From an uncultured Bdellovibrionales bacterium (GTDB lineage: Bacteria; Bdellovibrionota_C; UBA2361; J135), in the NCBI GenBank assembly GCA_964523015.1, contig CAZFXN010000006.1, forward strand, positions 21,211-67,684: DNA of 46,474 bases, in the 5' to 3' direction. The notes beneath the pieces were generated by a model. The model did not search any database. It saw nothing but the letters and a program-made list of their open reading frames with translations, and was not told where the DNA came from. Both the position numbers and the translations under genes were made by a program. Each line of letters opens with the position of its first letter. Position 1 is the stretch's first letter. Positions 1-8,379 of this stretch are shown one piece after another.

Positions 1-364
1 GTATCAATCCCGCACAATCCAACCTTATTATTCTGTTTTAGATACTCCTCAAAGGTCATTTGAGCTCTATAGTTAGAGGTAGAATTTGTCAAGTTTCTAA
101 TCACGACACCGGTAACATGAACATCATGACTCTCAACATCCATCGAGTTACATCCAACATTTCCTATATGTGGATTAGTAAAAGACATAATTTGCCCAGC
201 ATAACTTGGATCTGTAATGATCTCTTGATATCCAAAGATGGAGGTATTAAAGACCACCTCTCCCCAGACTGGCTCAGTAAAGTCAGCAACATTACCAAAG
301 GCATACCCTTGATATGTTTTACCATCGGCTAATGTTAGAACTGCTTTTTCTAGGGTTTTTTTCA
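1..364 (-). CDS. carA: Carbamoyl-phosphate synthase small (glutamine amidotransferase) subunit. Only the N-terminal part is present; the C-terminus runs off the window start.
   Basis: The reverse-strand translation starting at the ATG (complement of 362-364) reads MKKTLEKAVLTLADGKTYQGYAFGNVADFTEPVWGEVVFNTSIFGYQEIITDPSYAGQIMSFTNPHIGNVG... This is the characteristic CarA N-terminal domain (compare the conserved CarA consensus ...GEVVFNTGMTGYQE..TDPSYAGQI..FTYP.IGN.G). It lies directly downstream of pyrC in the same orientation. The listed plus-strand ORF 60..332 is its antisense. Confidence 0.85.
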
Positions 365-386
365 TTACTTACTTTTCGTCTACTTT

Positions 387-1697
387 TTACCGCTTAATTT
401 TTTCAGCATACAAAGCTCCATCACTTACCTTAATAGATCCATCAACTATTACATGCTCAGCAACACCCTTCATTGACTTGCCAATAAACGGGGAGTTTTT
501 GCTTTTTGATACAATCTGATCAGAACCAAAGATCCATTCCTTATCTGGATCTAATATTGCAATATCCGCTAAAGCTCCCTCTTTTAAAGTTCCTCCATTA
601 ATACCAAACACTTTTGCTGGACCAGTTGATAGAATATCAATTGCCCGCATTGCTGAGATAGTCCTATCCCTAACAAAATCCAAAATTAATGGCAGGTTAG
701 TTTGAAGTCCAATAATTCCAAAACTTGCTTTGCAAAATTCTACACATTTTGTGTCATGATCATGTGGGGCGTGATCGCTTGCAATGGCATCGATAGTCCC
801 CTCTCTTAGACCTTCTCTAAGGGCAATAACATCCTCTTCAGACCTAAGTGGTGGGCTCATTTTTGATTTAGTATCGTATTCTCCGACATCTTCATCAGTT
901 AAGTGTAGATGATGTGGAGTAACCTCACAGGTAATATCAATACCATCATATTTAGCACGTCGAATAAGCTCTAAACTTCTGGCTGTTGAAACGTGACAGA
1001 TATGGACTCTACATTTTGTATATCGTGCTAACTCTATATCTCTAGCTACCATTACATCCTCAGCTACTGTTGGCATGCCGGGTAAACCAAGTCGGGCAGA
1101 TACTGGGGACTCATTCATAGCTCCGCCACGAGTTAGACATTTGTCCTCTTCATGGCAGGAGATGACTGCGCCCAACATTTTGCACCACTCAAGCGCTCGT
1201 CTCATAAGTCCAGAGTCATAAATTGGCTCACCATCATCTGAAAAAGCAATACATCCAGCCTCTCTAAGTTCCGTTAATGGGGCGAGCTCTTTACCAAGGG
1301 AGCCTTTCGATACTGCACCAATTGGTAAAACCCGTGCTAAATTAATCTCTCTAGATTTTTCTAAAATATAGCTAGTCACAATAGCTGTATCATTTACTGG
1401 CACAGTGTTCGGCATACAACACACCGTAGTATACCCACCAAGCACTGAGGCTTTAGAGCCTGACTCCACAGTTTCTTTCTTTTCAAACCCTGGCTCTCTA
1501 AAGTGGACATGTAGATCAATTAATCCAGGCACTACCCAGAGACCATCAGCATCAATGGTCGTATCAAATTTCTCAGATTCAAAACCCCCTTTCTTTCTTA
1601 TGCTTTCAATCCTATTGCCATGGATCGACAGATCACAGATCTCTTCTCGGTTTGTACTCGGATCGATTAGGAGTCCATCTTTAATTAGTATCTTCAT
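387..1697 (-). CDS. pyrC: Dihydroorotase.
   Basis: 436 aa. The metal-binding signature DLHVHFREPG is present, followed by ...GGYTTVCCMPNT..., the HxH...K...H...H...D pattern of cyclic amidohydrolases. Its 3' end overlaps pyrB by 4 nt (ATGA). Confidence 0.9.
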   Translation of the reverse strand: MKILIKDGLLIDPSTNREEICDLSIHGNRIESIRKKGGFESEKFDTTIDADGLWVVPGLIDLHVHFREPGFEKKETVESGSKASVLGGYTTVCCMPNTVPVNDTAIVTSYILEKSREINLARVLPIGAVSKGSLGKELAPLTELREAGCIAFSDDGEPIYDSGLMRRALEWCKMLGAVISCHEEDKCLTRGGAMNESPVSARLGLPGMPTVAEDVMVARDIELARYTKCRVHICHVSTARSLELIRRAKYDGIDITCEVTPHHLHLTDEDVGEYDTKSKMSPPLRSEEDVIALREGLREGTIDAIASDHAPHDHDTKCVEFCKASFGIIGLQTNLPLILDFVRDRTISAMRAIDILSTGPAKVFGINGGTLKEGALADIAILDPDKEWIFGSDQIVSKSKNSPFIGKSMKGVAEHVIVDGSIKVSDGALYAEKIKR

Positions 1698-2662
1698 GAC
1701 TCATTCACTGTAGTAAGTTTTTCTTTTGTTCCTGAAGTTAACAAAAATAGGACTGCCATCCTGACAGCAATTCCAATAGTAACCTGCCGATTAACATACG
1801 AACGAGTACCGTATGCAACATCACTAGCTACTTCAACTCCTCGATTCACAGGGCCAGGATGTAGCAGTACCGCTTTAGGACAAGTAGCTTTGATAATATT
1901 CTCTGTTAAACAAAAATTTTTAGAATACTCCTTTAATGACGGGACAAAGAATCCATCTTGTCGTTCCAATTGCATACGAAGTGCGATGATTGCATCGACC
2001 CCTTCAATCCCATCTTTTAAGGAATGATGAACAGTTAGGTTAGGATAATCAAAGGCACTCTTTTCAACATAATAATCAGGCAAGAGTGTTGGAGGTCCAA
2101 CCAATCTTATTTTATTACCAAGCAAACGGTGGGCAAAAATATTGCTTCTGGCTACCCTTGAATGAAGGACATCCCCAACAATTGCTATAGTTAAACCTCC
2201 ATAGAAGCGATCTCCATAAATCTGCCTCAAGGTCAAACAATCAATTAGTCCTTGAGTTGGGTGCTCGTGAGTACCATCTCCAGCATTAACAATTGAGGTG
2301 TTTTTTAAGTGTGTAGCAAGGAATCTATGAGCACCACTCTCTCTATGTCTTAACACAAGTACTGATGCTGCTAATGCTTCTAGCGTCTGAGTTGTATCTA
2401 AAAGATTCTCTCCTTTGTTTACAGAGCTATCTGACCCTGAAATATTAATCGTGTCGGCTGAGAGCCTCTTTGCTGCGATCTCAAAACTTGTCCTTGTTCT
2501 TGTACTTGGTTCCAAGAATAAATTTACAATCGTTTTTCCTCTAAGAGATGGAACTTTTTTAATCTCACGGGATGAAACTTCAACAAACCCCTCAGCGTTA
2601 TCAAGATAATTGACAAGCTCCGCTTTAGTAAAGTTTTCAAGTCCCAAGAGATGTTTTGCCAT
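1694..2662 (-). CDS. pyrB: Aspartate carbamoyltransferase catalytic subunit.
   Basis: 322 aa. The carbamoyl-phosphate binding motif STRTRTSFE is present, together with HPTQGLID and HPGP... motifs typical of ATCase/OTCase. It is tightly linked to pyrR and pyrC. Confidence 0.92.
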   Translation of the reverse strand: MAKHLLGLENFTKAELVNYLDNAEGFVEVSSREIKKVPSLRGKTIVNLFLEPSTRTRTSFEIAAKRLSADTINISGSDSSVNKGENLLDTTQTLEALAASVLVLRHRESGAHRFLATHLKNTSIVNAGDGTHEHPTQGLIDCLTLRQIYGDRFYGGLTIAIVGDVLHSRVARSNIFAHRLLGNKIRLVGPPTLLPDYYVEKSAFDYPNLTVHHSLKDGIEGVDAIIALRMQLERQDGFFVPSLKEYSKNFCLTENIIKATCPKAVLLHPGPVNRGVEVASDVAYGTRSYVNRQVTIGIAVRMAVLFLLTSGTKEKLTTVNES

Positions 2663-2667
2663 TAGAA

Positions 2668-3231
2668 TTACCTCTGTGACTTTTTGCTCATATAGACACC
2701 ATCAGGATATCCCTGCTCTCCAAGCCTTAAATGAACAGCCTCTCCCGGATTGGTAGGGAAGTTTTTGCCGATATAGTCAGGTCTAATTGGCAACTCTCGA
2801 TGCCCACGATCTACTAGAATTGCCAACTGGACACACTTTGGTCTACCAAAATCTACTATCGCATCTAAGGCTGCTCGAACTGTTCTACCAGTATACAACA
2901 CATCATCAGTAAGAATTATGGTACGACCGGTAATTGAAAAAGGGAGATCAGTTCCCCGCAAAATTGGTTGTCCATCAAGGGAGGATAAATCATCCCGATA
3001 CAGAGTAATATCAATAATACCAAATGGAATTTTTACGTTTTCAATCTTTTCTATTTTTTCTTGGATTCTTTTCCCTAAGAACTCACCTCCAGTTCGAATT
3101 CCAACGACCACAATATCTTGGATATCCCGATTCCTTTCTATTATTTCATAGCTGACTCTTGATATGGATCGCGCAATTGTTTCTGCGTCCATTACCATCT
3201 TCCAACCTTCAGGAACCGTTTTTTTTGCCAT
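2668..3231 (-). CDS. pyrR: Bifunctional pyrimidine operon regulator / uracil phosphoribosyltransferase PyrR.
   Basis: 187 aa. The PRTase PRPP-binding loop ILTDDVLYTGRTVRAALDAI is present. It is the first gene of the pyrR-pyrB-pyrC-carA operon. Confidence 0.9.
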   Translation of the reverse strand: MAKKTVPEGWKMVMDAETIARSISRVSYEIIERNRDIQDIVVVGIRTGGEFLGKRIQEKIEKIENVKIPFGIIDITLYRDDLSSLDGQPILRGTDLPFSITGRTIILTDDVLYTGRTVRAALDAIVDFGRPKCVQLAILVDRGHRELPIRPDYIGKNFPTNPGEAVHLRLGEQGYPDGVYMSKKSQR

Positions 3232-3398
3232 ATCTATTCTCGATTAAATATACGAAAGGCATAAATCTTTAATTTTAGACTTTAAGGATAGTTAACGATT
3301 TAAGATAGAAATGGAGAGTATCTCTGAGGTGTATGGCAATATGCAGCTCAATTAACACTTACAAGTAAATGTTAATTATTAAATTACCTATATTACGA

Positions 3399-3433
3399 CC
3401 ACCTTTGCGAACTCTCAGTTCCGCACTTAAAGG
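3399..3433 (-). promoter_or_regulatory. Candidate PyrR-binding anti-antiterminator stem-loop in the pyrR leader RNA.
   Basis: The minus-strand RNA reads ccuuuaagugcggAACUGAGAGUUCGCAAAGGugg. This resembles the PyrR-binding loop consensus (...UCCAGAGAGGCUUGCAAGG...) and is enclosed by a CCUUU/AAAGG stem. It sits about 170 nt upstream of the pyrR ATG. No canonical terminator hairpin with a U-run is obvious downstream. Confidence 0.3.
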
Positions 3434-3485
3434 TTACGCTCCTAAAGCGCAATTCATGGAAGGTTAGCACTCGCTTTAGTGGGAA

Positions 3486-3872
3486 TCAATACTTAGTTGT
3501 TACATCAATTTTAAAGGGGAAAACCCTAATAGTATGATCTTTTCCATCATAAGTAATAAAAAATTCCTCTTCATACTTCAGCATAACCCTTAACTTGTTT
3601 TCATATCTATTTAGGACCAAAGCTTCTGGTTTAGCCGGAATTCCAAGCTCTTTGATCCGTTCCAATAATCTTTTCCTAATTTCATCATCAGTCAGCTCAG
3701 ATGCTACCCGAGACACTGCATGAACCTGAGTTTGCATCTCATAGAAATAATAAAAGAAAGGTACAACTCTATATGCAGTATAAAGAGTTACAGCTATAAT
3801 GGTGCCAAAAACTAATATCGTTAGCTTTCCGACCCCGCGGTCATTACTACTAGTTTTGGATCTATCTATCAT
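3486..3872 (-). CDS. Small single-pass membrane protein (DUF4845-like).
   Basis: 128 aa. There is an N-terminal hydrophobic helix (LTILVFGTIIAVTLYTAY). It is followed by a soluble domain with a pattern (..EIRKRLLERIKELGIP... NRYENKLRVMLKYEE) reminiscent of DUF4845 proteins. Codon usage matches the host. Confidence 0.5.
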   Translation of the reverse strand: MIDRSKTSSNDRGVGKLTILVFGTIIAVTLYTAYRVVPFFYYFYEMQTQVHAVSRVASELTDDEIRKRLLERIKELGIPAKPEALVLNRYENKLRVMLKYEEEFFITYDGKDHTIRVFPFKIDVTTKY

Positions 3873-3921
3873 TCTGTGTCTATTATACTTATAAAATCAA
3901 AGAGGGAACAGTACGTATTCA

Positions 3922-4284
3922 ATGGCTTCAATACTAAAATATGCTAGTAAAAACCAAAAAAGGGGCCTTTTAATAGGTATTTCATTACTCCTACTTGGAA
4001 CTGCTAATATAATTTATGGCCAGTTTAAAATTGAGCAGTATATCGAGGTCCTAGATAATTCTACTGTAGTCCCTAAATCTCAGGTAGAAGATGTAACCCT
4101 ACCACTTCCTCAAAAATATCCATCATTAGATACTTATAGAGATCAGTTATCCAGAGTTAAAACTCGAATTGAGTTCTACGATCTAACAGTAGCTGGGGGA
4201 AAAGTTCTACTAGTCCTAGGCGGAATATGTCTTGTAGTAGTTATCTTATTCCTTGGAAGATTCTCAGAGGAAGAAGGATCCTGA
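3922..4284 (+). CDS. Hypothetical membrane protein with two transmembrane segments.
   Basis: 120 aa. There are hydrophobic segments at LLIGISLLLLGTANIIY and VLLVLGGICLVVVILFL. Composition matches the host. No recognisable domain. Confidence 0.4.
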   Translation: MASILKYASKNQKRGLLIGISLLLLGTANIIYGQFKIEQYIEVLDNSTVVPKSQVEDVTLPLPQKYPSLDTYRDQLSRVKTRIEFYDLTVAGGKVLLVLGGICLVVVILFLGRFSEEEGS

Positions 4285-4306
4285 CGATAGTTAAAGAACT
4301 TAAGAG

Positions 4307-5413
4307 CTAAAGGTTTTCAGAAATTTTCGAAGACTCAACAAAAAGTGTTTGAGTTGGATAAGCGAACCCTATTTCCATCTTTGTAAATTGAGCCAAAATC
4401 TCTAAATTGATATTCTGCTGAGCCTTCATGTAGATATTATAATCCTGACTTTTAACAAAATAAACTACTTCGAAATTTAGAGCTGACGCACCAAATTCTT
4501 TAAAATGACATCTATCAAATCGTACGTTCTCCTGATTGGATATTATTTGTTCTACAATTTTAGAGATCTCTTTTAATTTATCATGGGAAGTTTGGTAGGT
4601 AACACCAAATATAAAAAGTATCCTTCTCTCATTCATCCGCTTATAGTTTCGTATGCGACTATTTAAAAGATCAGAATTTGAAAAGATTAATTGATCTCCA
4701 TCAATACTTCTAAGTCTTGTTGTTTTAAGTCCTATTTTCTCAACAGTTCCTCTTAAATCCCCTACTACTATGAAGTCTCCAACAGCAAATGGACGATCTA
4801 GTACAATTGATAAAGAGCTAAACAGATCACCAAGGATGTTCTGTACTGCAAGCGCAATTGCGATACCACCAATACCAAGGCCAGTAACCAAAGCAGTGAT
4901 GTTAACCCCAATATTATCTAGAAATAACAAAAGGACGGCACCCCAAATAATTGCCTTGCTAGCGAATCGAAGAAGCTCTAGTGCTGAGATGACTGAAGGA
5001 TCTCCACCATGCTTTCTACGAACATAGTTCTCAATAAATTGAGTTACCGAAACGGAAGCCCAGATCCCTCCCTGAAACAATAATCCGAAGGTAAAAGCAA
5101 GTCTTAAGACTCGCTCGACTTCACTAGGCACAGAGATAGCCAAGGAGGCCACGTAGATAGATACGATAAAAAGTAAAAGTGAACTTGTTGTTTCAAGTAT
5201 TGAAAAGAAAAGTGCGCCGATATCCTCAGAGATTAGTTTGCTGTACTCAGCAATTTTTCGACCGATAAGTTTCTTAGCTACTATTAGGGTAGAGTAAACG
5301 AAAACAAAAAATACTAGGGCAACTATCCAACTAGATAGAGAATTGCCAAGCAAGTTATACTTTAAGAGTGGTAAAATTTTAGAAAGAGAATCAGAAGCAT
5401 TATTTAAAGTCAT
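4307..5413 (-). CDS. mscS: Small-conductance mechanosensitive channel (MscS family).
   Basis: 368 aa. Three N-terminal TM helices are present. The MscS pore and beta-domain signature is LVTGLGIGGIAIALAVQNILGDLFSSLSIVLDRPFAVGDFI.VGDLRGTVEKIGLKTTRLRSIDGDQLIFSNSDL. Confidence 0.85.
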   Translation of the reverse strand: MTLNNASDSLSKILPLLKYNLLGNSLSSWIVALVFFVFVYSTLIVAKKLIGRKIAEYSKLISEDIGALFFSILETTSSLLLFIVSIYVASLAISVPSEVERVLRLAFTFGLLFQGGIWASVSVTQFIENYVRRKHGGDPSVISALELLRFASKAIIWGAVLLLFLDNIGVNITALVTGLGIGGIAIALAVQNILGDLFSSLSIVLDRPFAVGDFIVVGDLRGTVEKIGLKTTRLRSIDGDQLIFSNSDLLNSRIRNYKRMNERRILFIFGVTYQTSHDKLKEISKIVEQIISNQENVRFDRCHFKEFGASALNFEVVYFVKSQDYNIYMKAQQNINLEILAQFTKMEIGFAYPTQTLFVESSKISENL

Positions 5414-5808
5414 GCTCTTTGATACTACTGATGCTGATACTTTGGCAAACCGTAAGAGATCCGCCCAAATTCACCGCTATAACTACTCCCACAGGCGAAA
5501 GGAAAAGAGAGATGGCTCTGGCACGAAGACAGTAGAGTGCCCTCGCCCTCTCTCTTTTCCTTTCTTGCTTCTTTTCTCTTTGTTTGACTTCCAGCGCTGG
5601 AAGTGAAGAAATTAGTGATAGTCCATTTCTTAATTTTCAACAAAATCCAAAATTAGATAGTGTTTCCTTTGTCTCACGCTAATATGGCGGTGGATATTTT
5701 GATTGATTAAAGAGCAGCTCGTTGACCTAAATTAAAAAAATTGAAAGCTATAAAGATTGGCGAAAGGAAAGGTAGAAAGAAACGAGGGTACAGATGAGAA
5801 AGAGTGGC

Positions 5809-5843
5809 GGCGGTCGAAGGTCGCTTGCGCTACTTCGACCGCC
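5809..5843 (-). terminator. GC-rich hairpin downstream of the island-A ORF; putative intrinsic terminator.
   Basis: ggcggtcgaag / cttcgaccgcc forms an 11-bp stem with a 13-nt loop. On the minus strand it is followed by a moderately U-rich tract (CACUCUUUCUCAUCUG). Confidence 0.35.
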
Positions 5844-5856
5844 CCACATCCTCCAA

Positions 5857-6165
5857 TCAGGCCTGCCCGAGTGCCGTGATCAGATCCTTGACGTTGCTGG
5901 AGAACATCATCAGATGATCCTCACGCCACCACGCACCACGATCGTACATCCGCGCCGTCAGTCGCCCCCTGAAGGCGTTGCAGTCCTTGGGGTAGACGTA
6001 GATGAGTCCCGTGTGAGGCCCTTGGGAAGTCGGGCTCGCTACCACGACCACGACATCCACCTCTTCACAGAGGTGAGATCTCGGATCCTCACCATGAGAA
6101 CTCTCGACCTGCCTGATCCTTTCAGGCCAAGCCAACTGAGTCATCGTACCAACCGTTCCGTTCAT
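5857..6165 (-). CDS. Hypothetical protein encoded inside GC-rich island A; possibly foreign in origin.
   Basis: 102 aa. Codon third positions are strongly G/C-biased (tac gtc tac ccc aag gac tgc aac gcc ttc ...), unlike the host genes. The SD GGGAGG lies 4 nt before the ATG. A GC-rich hairpin (5809..5843) sits 14 nt past the stop. The overlapping plus-strand ORF 5794..6222 is Arg/Pro-rich and looks like the wrong frame. Confidence 0.35.
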   Translation of the reverse strand: MNGTVGTMTQLAWPERIRQVESSHGEDPRSHLCEEVDVVVVVASPTSQGPHTGLIYVYPKDCNAFRGRLTARMYDRGAWWREDHLMMFSSNVKDLITALGQA

Positions 6166-6510
6166 ACCGCCTCCCGTAAGCTTTCGTTGTTGGGGACTGA
6201 AGTGTTTGACGAAAGCTCTTAGATGGTAAGCTTGTCTCCATCTAAGAGCCTTCGCCGACTAAAACCGTAAAGTATTGAGCTGCTCTCTTCAAAAAGCCGA
6301 TACTAATCCGACTGCTTTTTAAAGAGAGCAAATAAGAACTTCTACTATTATGGAGTTTGTAAAAGAGACTGCTTGAAGTACGATTCTAGCTGAAACAAAA
6401 ATCTTGTCATAGTGGATATTAAGCAAATTTGATAAGTATCATAACCTATTTACAACGTAACTATCTAAAAACAAACTACTATTTCCCGATAAAAACTTTG
6501 ATATTTAGCT

Positions 6511-8307
6511 TTACATAATTCCTTTTGCTTCATCAGGCCACAGAGATGGGGCATAATTCATGGCTTCTGTCTCACTTACAAAAGATTCATTTACAAGATC
6601 TTTAGTAATACCTTTTATAGCTCGTAACATATACTGGATCTTTCTTTTATATTCGCCATAATTCTTAGCGACCTGACGTGAATCCAATCCAATTCTAAGA
6701 ACATGCATTTCTTGACCTTCTATAGTATTAGCTATAATAGCTGGAATTGTTATTGGAAAATTATTCCATTCAGGGTCTCCTCCATTGCCTTCCCTCTTAG
6801 CCCCTAATCTATTTTTAAACTCTCCTCCCATTCCTTGGATAGGCTTTCTTAAAGTGAATGCAATAATACTATCTTCGTATTGTGCATTTCTGTTTTCAAT
6901 TACGGTAATTTCATCAATTGATCTTAAAGTATCGACGACTAGTTTCCTTAATTCCTTAATTTTCTCTCGAATTTCTATATAATCTGGCAGATCATTCATC
7001 GCAAAAACTAATGAGGCTAATTCAGGGGTATTTGCAACACCTGAAGCTACTTGGTTATATGCTGCAAGTCGATCTTTATCCCGAGTAACAAATCCATATT
7101 TTCGGGATCTGTAACATAAGTTAGAATCTTTGAAATCAAGTTGGTTAGAATGAAAACGTTCCTTATTAAATAAAACCCCACCAGCTCCCATAAGTGAGCT
7201 TACCATTTTTGCTCCAGTAAAAAACACTGCATCCGCATAATCCCAGATACTTTCTGATTTTCTACCAGTTGAGCATGTTAGATACTTCTGTGATGGCAAC
7301 CGACCGAGTCCCTGTGCATCATCTAAAACAATTACGGGGGCATAATCAGTATCTCTATACTTCTCTCGTATTGCAGATGCTATATCAACAAATTGCAACC
7401 TTCTCCCAGTACGGGTCACTGTATTAATAATAATAATTGAAGGCTTTGCATCCTCAATATTGGCAAGCATTAAGTCAAGAATTTCTTGATTTGAAGCAAA
7501 GTGCTCTGCCTCTGCTGAAATATGATCTACCTTAAAAGGCCCTATATTTTTTGCAGGTGATTCAATTTTTATATTACTCCATATATCTACATTCGGATTG
7601 AAATTTGATTTTAAAAAGCGTGGATTCTCTCCCTTTAAAGCATCGGGCATAACCCGGCCAGTATTATGAAACGCAAGAATACGACTTCCCTCTTTAAGAT
7701 CAAGACAGCCTAAGAATTGGAAAAATGCGGTAGTGGCATTGTCATCGAAAATAGCTTCTGTTAAATCAGGATTAAGATCTCCATAATGAGCACACATCTT
7801 ATGAAAGGCACTAAAGGAAGTGCTTGAGGCAACACTTTCTAATGTCACATGATCTCCTCGTTTCTTAGCCTCCATTAATATTTCTGCGACTATGCAAGCA
7901 GCACGTGCACCATCAACATTTGGGACACCAAATGTAGGATGATTGAAACTAAGAGTTGAAATCGCAGCAAATGGGACATAACGAACTCCCTTAGCTATCG
8001 CTTCTTCTCGATCTCTAATTAACTCACCTAGGACACCACCATCCCAGGTCAAACGACTTAGATCATATTCATTAAAATGACCTGTTATAATTGCGGAAGA
8101 ATCATGCAAGCATTTTTTCACACCTTCGATATGATGCGGATGAATATGGCCTACATACCAGGCAGTTTCTTTATCTGGAGTAATTTCTGAAAATAAATCT
8201 GCCTTAAGTGACTCATGCTGGGCGAAAGGAAACAACTTTTGAACCATCAAGTTGGCCCTAGGTAAGGACGGGTTATCACCCGAATTATCGATTGGCAAAC
8301 TAGTCAT
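6511..8307 (-). CDS. Class-V aminotransferase-fold PLP-dependent enzyme (cysteine desulfurase / epimerase-like) with an N-terminal extension of about 230 aa and unknown function.
   Basis: 598 aa. The central region carries the class-V signatures VIVLDDAQGLGRLP and ...FFTGAKMVSSLMGAGGVLF (the SGHK-like PLP-lysine motif). It lies 72 bp downstream of the giant cgs gene on the same strand. Confidence 0.6.
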   Translation of the reverse strand: MTSLPIDNSGDNPSLPRANLMVQKLFPFAQHESLKADLFSEITPDKETAWYVGHIHPHHIEGVKKCLHDSSAIITGHFNEYDLSRLTWDGGVLGELIRDREEAIAKGVRYVPFAAISTLSFNHPTFGVPNVDGARAACIVAEILMEAKKRGDHVTLESVASSTSFSAFHKMCAHYGDLNPDLTEAIFDDNATTAFFQFLGCLDLKEGSRILAFHNTGRVMPDALKGENPRFLKSNFNPNVDIWSNIKIESPAKNIGPFKVDHISAEAEHFASNQEILDLMLANIEDAKPSIIIINTVTRTGRRLQFVDIASAIREKYRDTDYAPVIVLDDAQGLGRLPSQKYLTCSTGRKSESIWDYADAVFFTGAKMVSSLMGAGGVLFNKERFHSNQLDFKDSNLCYRSRKYGFVTRDKDRLAAYNQVASGVANTPELASLVFAMNDLPDYIEIREKIKELRKLVVDTLRSIDEITVIENRNAQYEDSIIAFTLRKPIQGMGGEFKNRLGAKREGNGGDPEWNNFPITIPAIIANTIEGQEMHVLRIGLDSRQVAKNYGEYKRKIQYMLRAIKGITKDLVNESFVSETEAMNYAPSLWPDEAKGIM

Positions 8308-8379
8308 TTGAAAATAGTAAAATATGGGTGAAGAGAGTTATTAAGCTTTCTAATGAAAAGATATCATAGTCAATTATAA

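Noticed and set aside
60-332. A 90-aa plus-strand ORF at the window start.
   Set aside because: It lies entirely antisense to the N-terminal coding region of carA, which is a clear match on the minus strand. It has no RBS and an odd composition.
1405-3151. Several 64-102-aa plus-strand ORFs inside pyrC, pyrB and pyrR.
   Set aside because: They are antisense to well-supported pyr genes and show no independent signals.
6015-6045. The sequence gggaagtcgggctcgctacc, reminiscent of the RNase P RNA P4 region (GGAAAGUCCGGGCUCC).
   Set aside because: It is only a partial resemblance. No second P4 strand or other conserved RNase P elements were found nearby, and the region is better explained as coding.
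5794-6222. A 142-aa plus-strand ORF in GC-rich island A.
   Set aside because: It is Arg/Pro/Ser-rich with no third-position bias in this frame. The minus-strand frame (5857-6165) shows the G/C third-position bias, an SD and a terminator. The plus-strand ORF is therefore treated as an antisense artefact of GC-rich DNA.
6388-6401. The 14-mer agctgaaacaaaaa is shared just downstream of islands A (6388) and B (18921), together with nearby shared agtacgatt and atcttgt.
   Set aside because: A single exact 14-mer match is expected several times by chance in an AT-rich 46-kb self-comparison on both strands. The order of the shorter shared words also differs between the two sites. This is not evidence of a common element.
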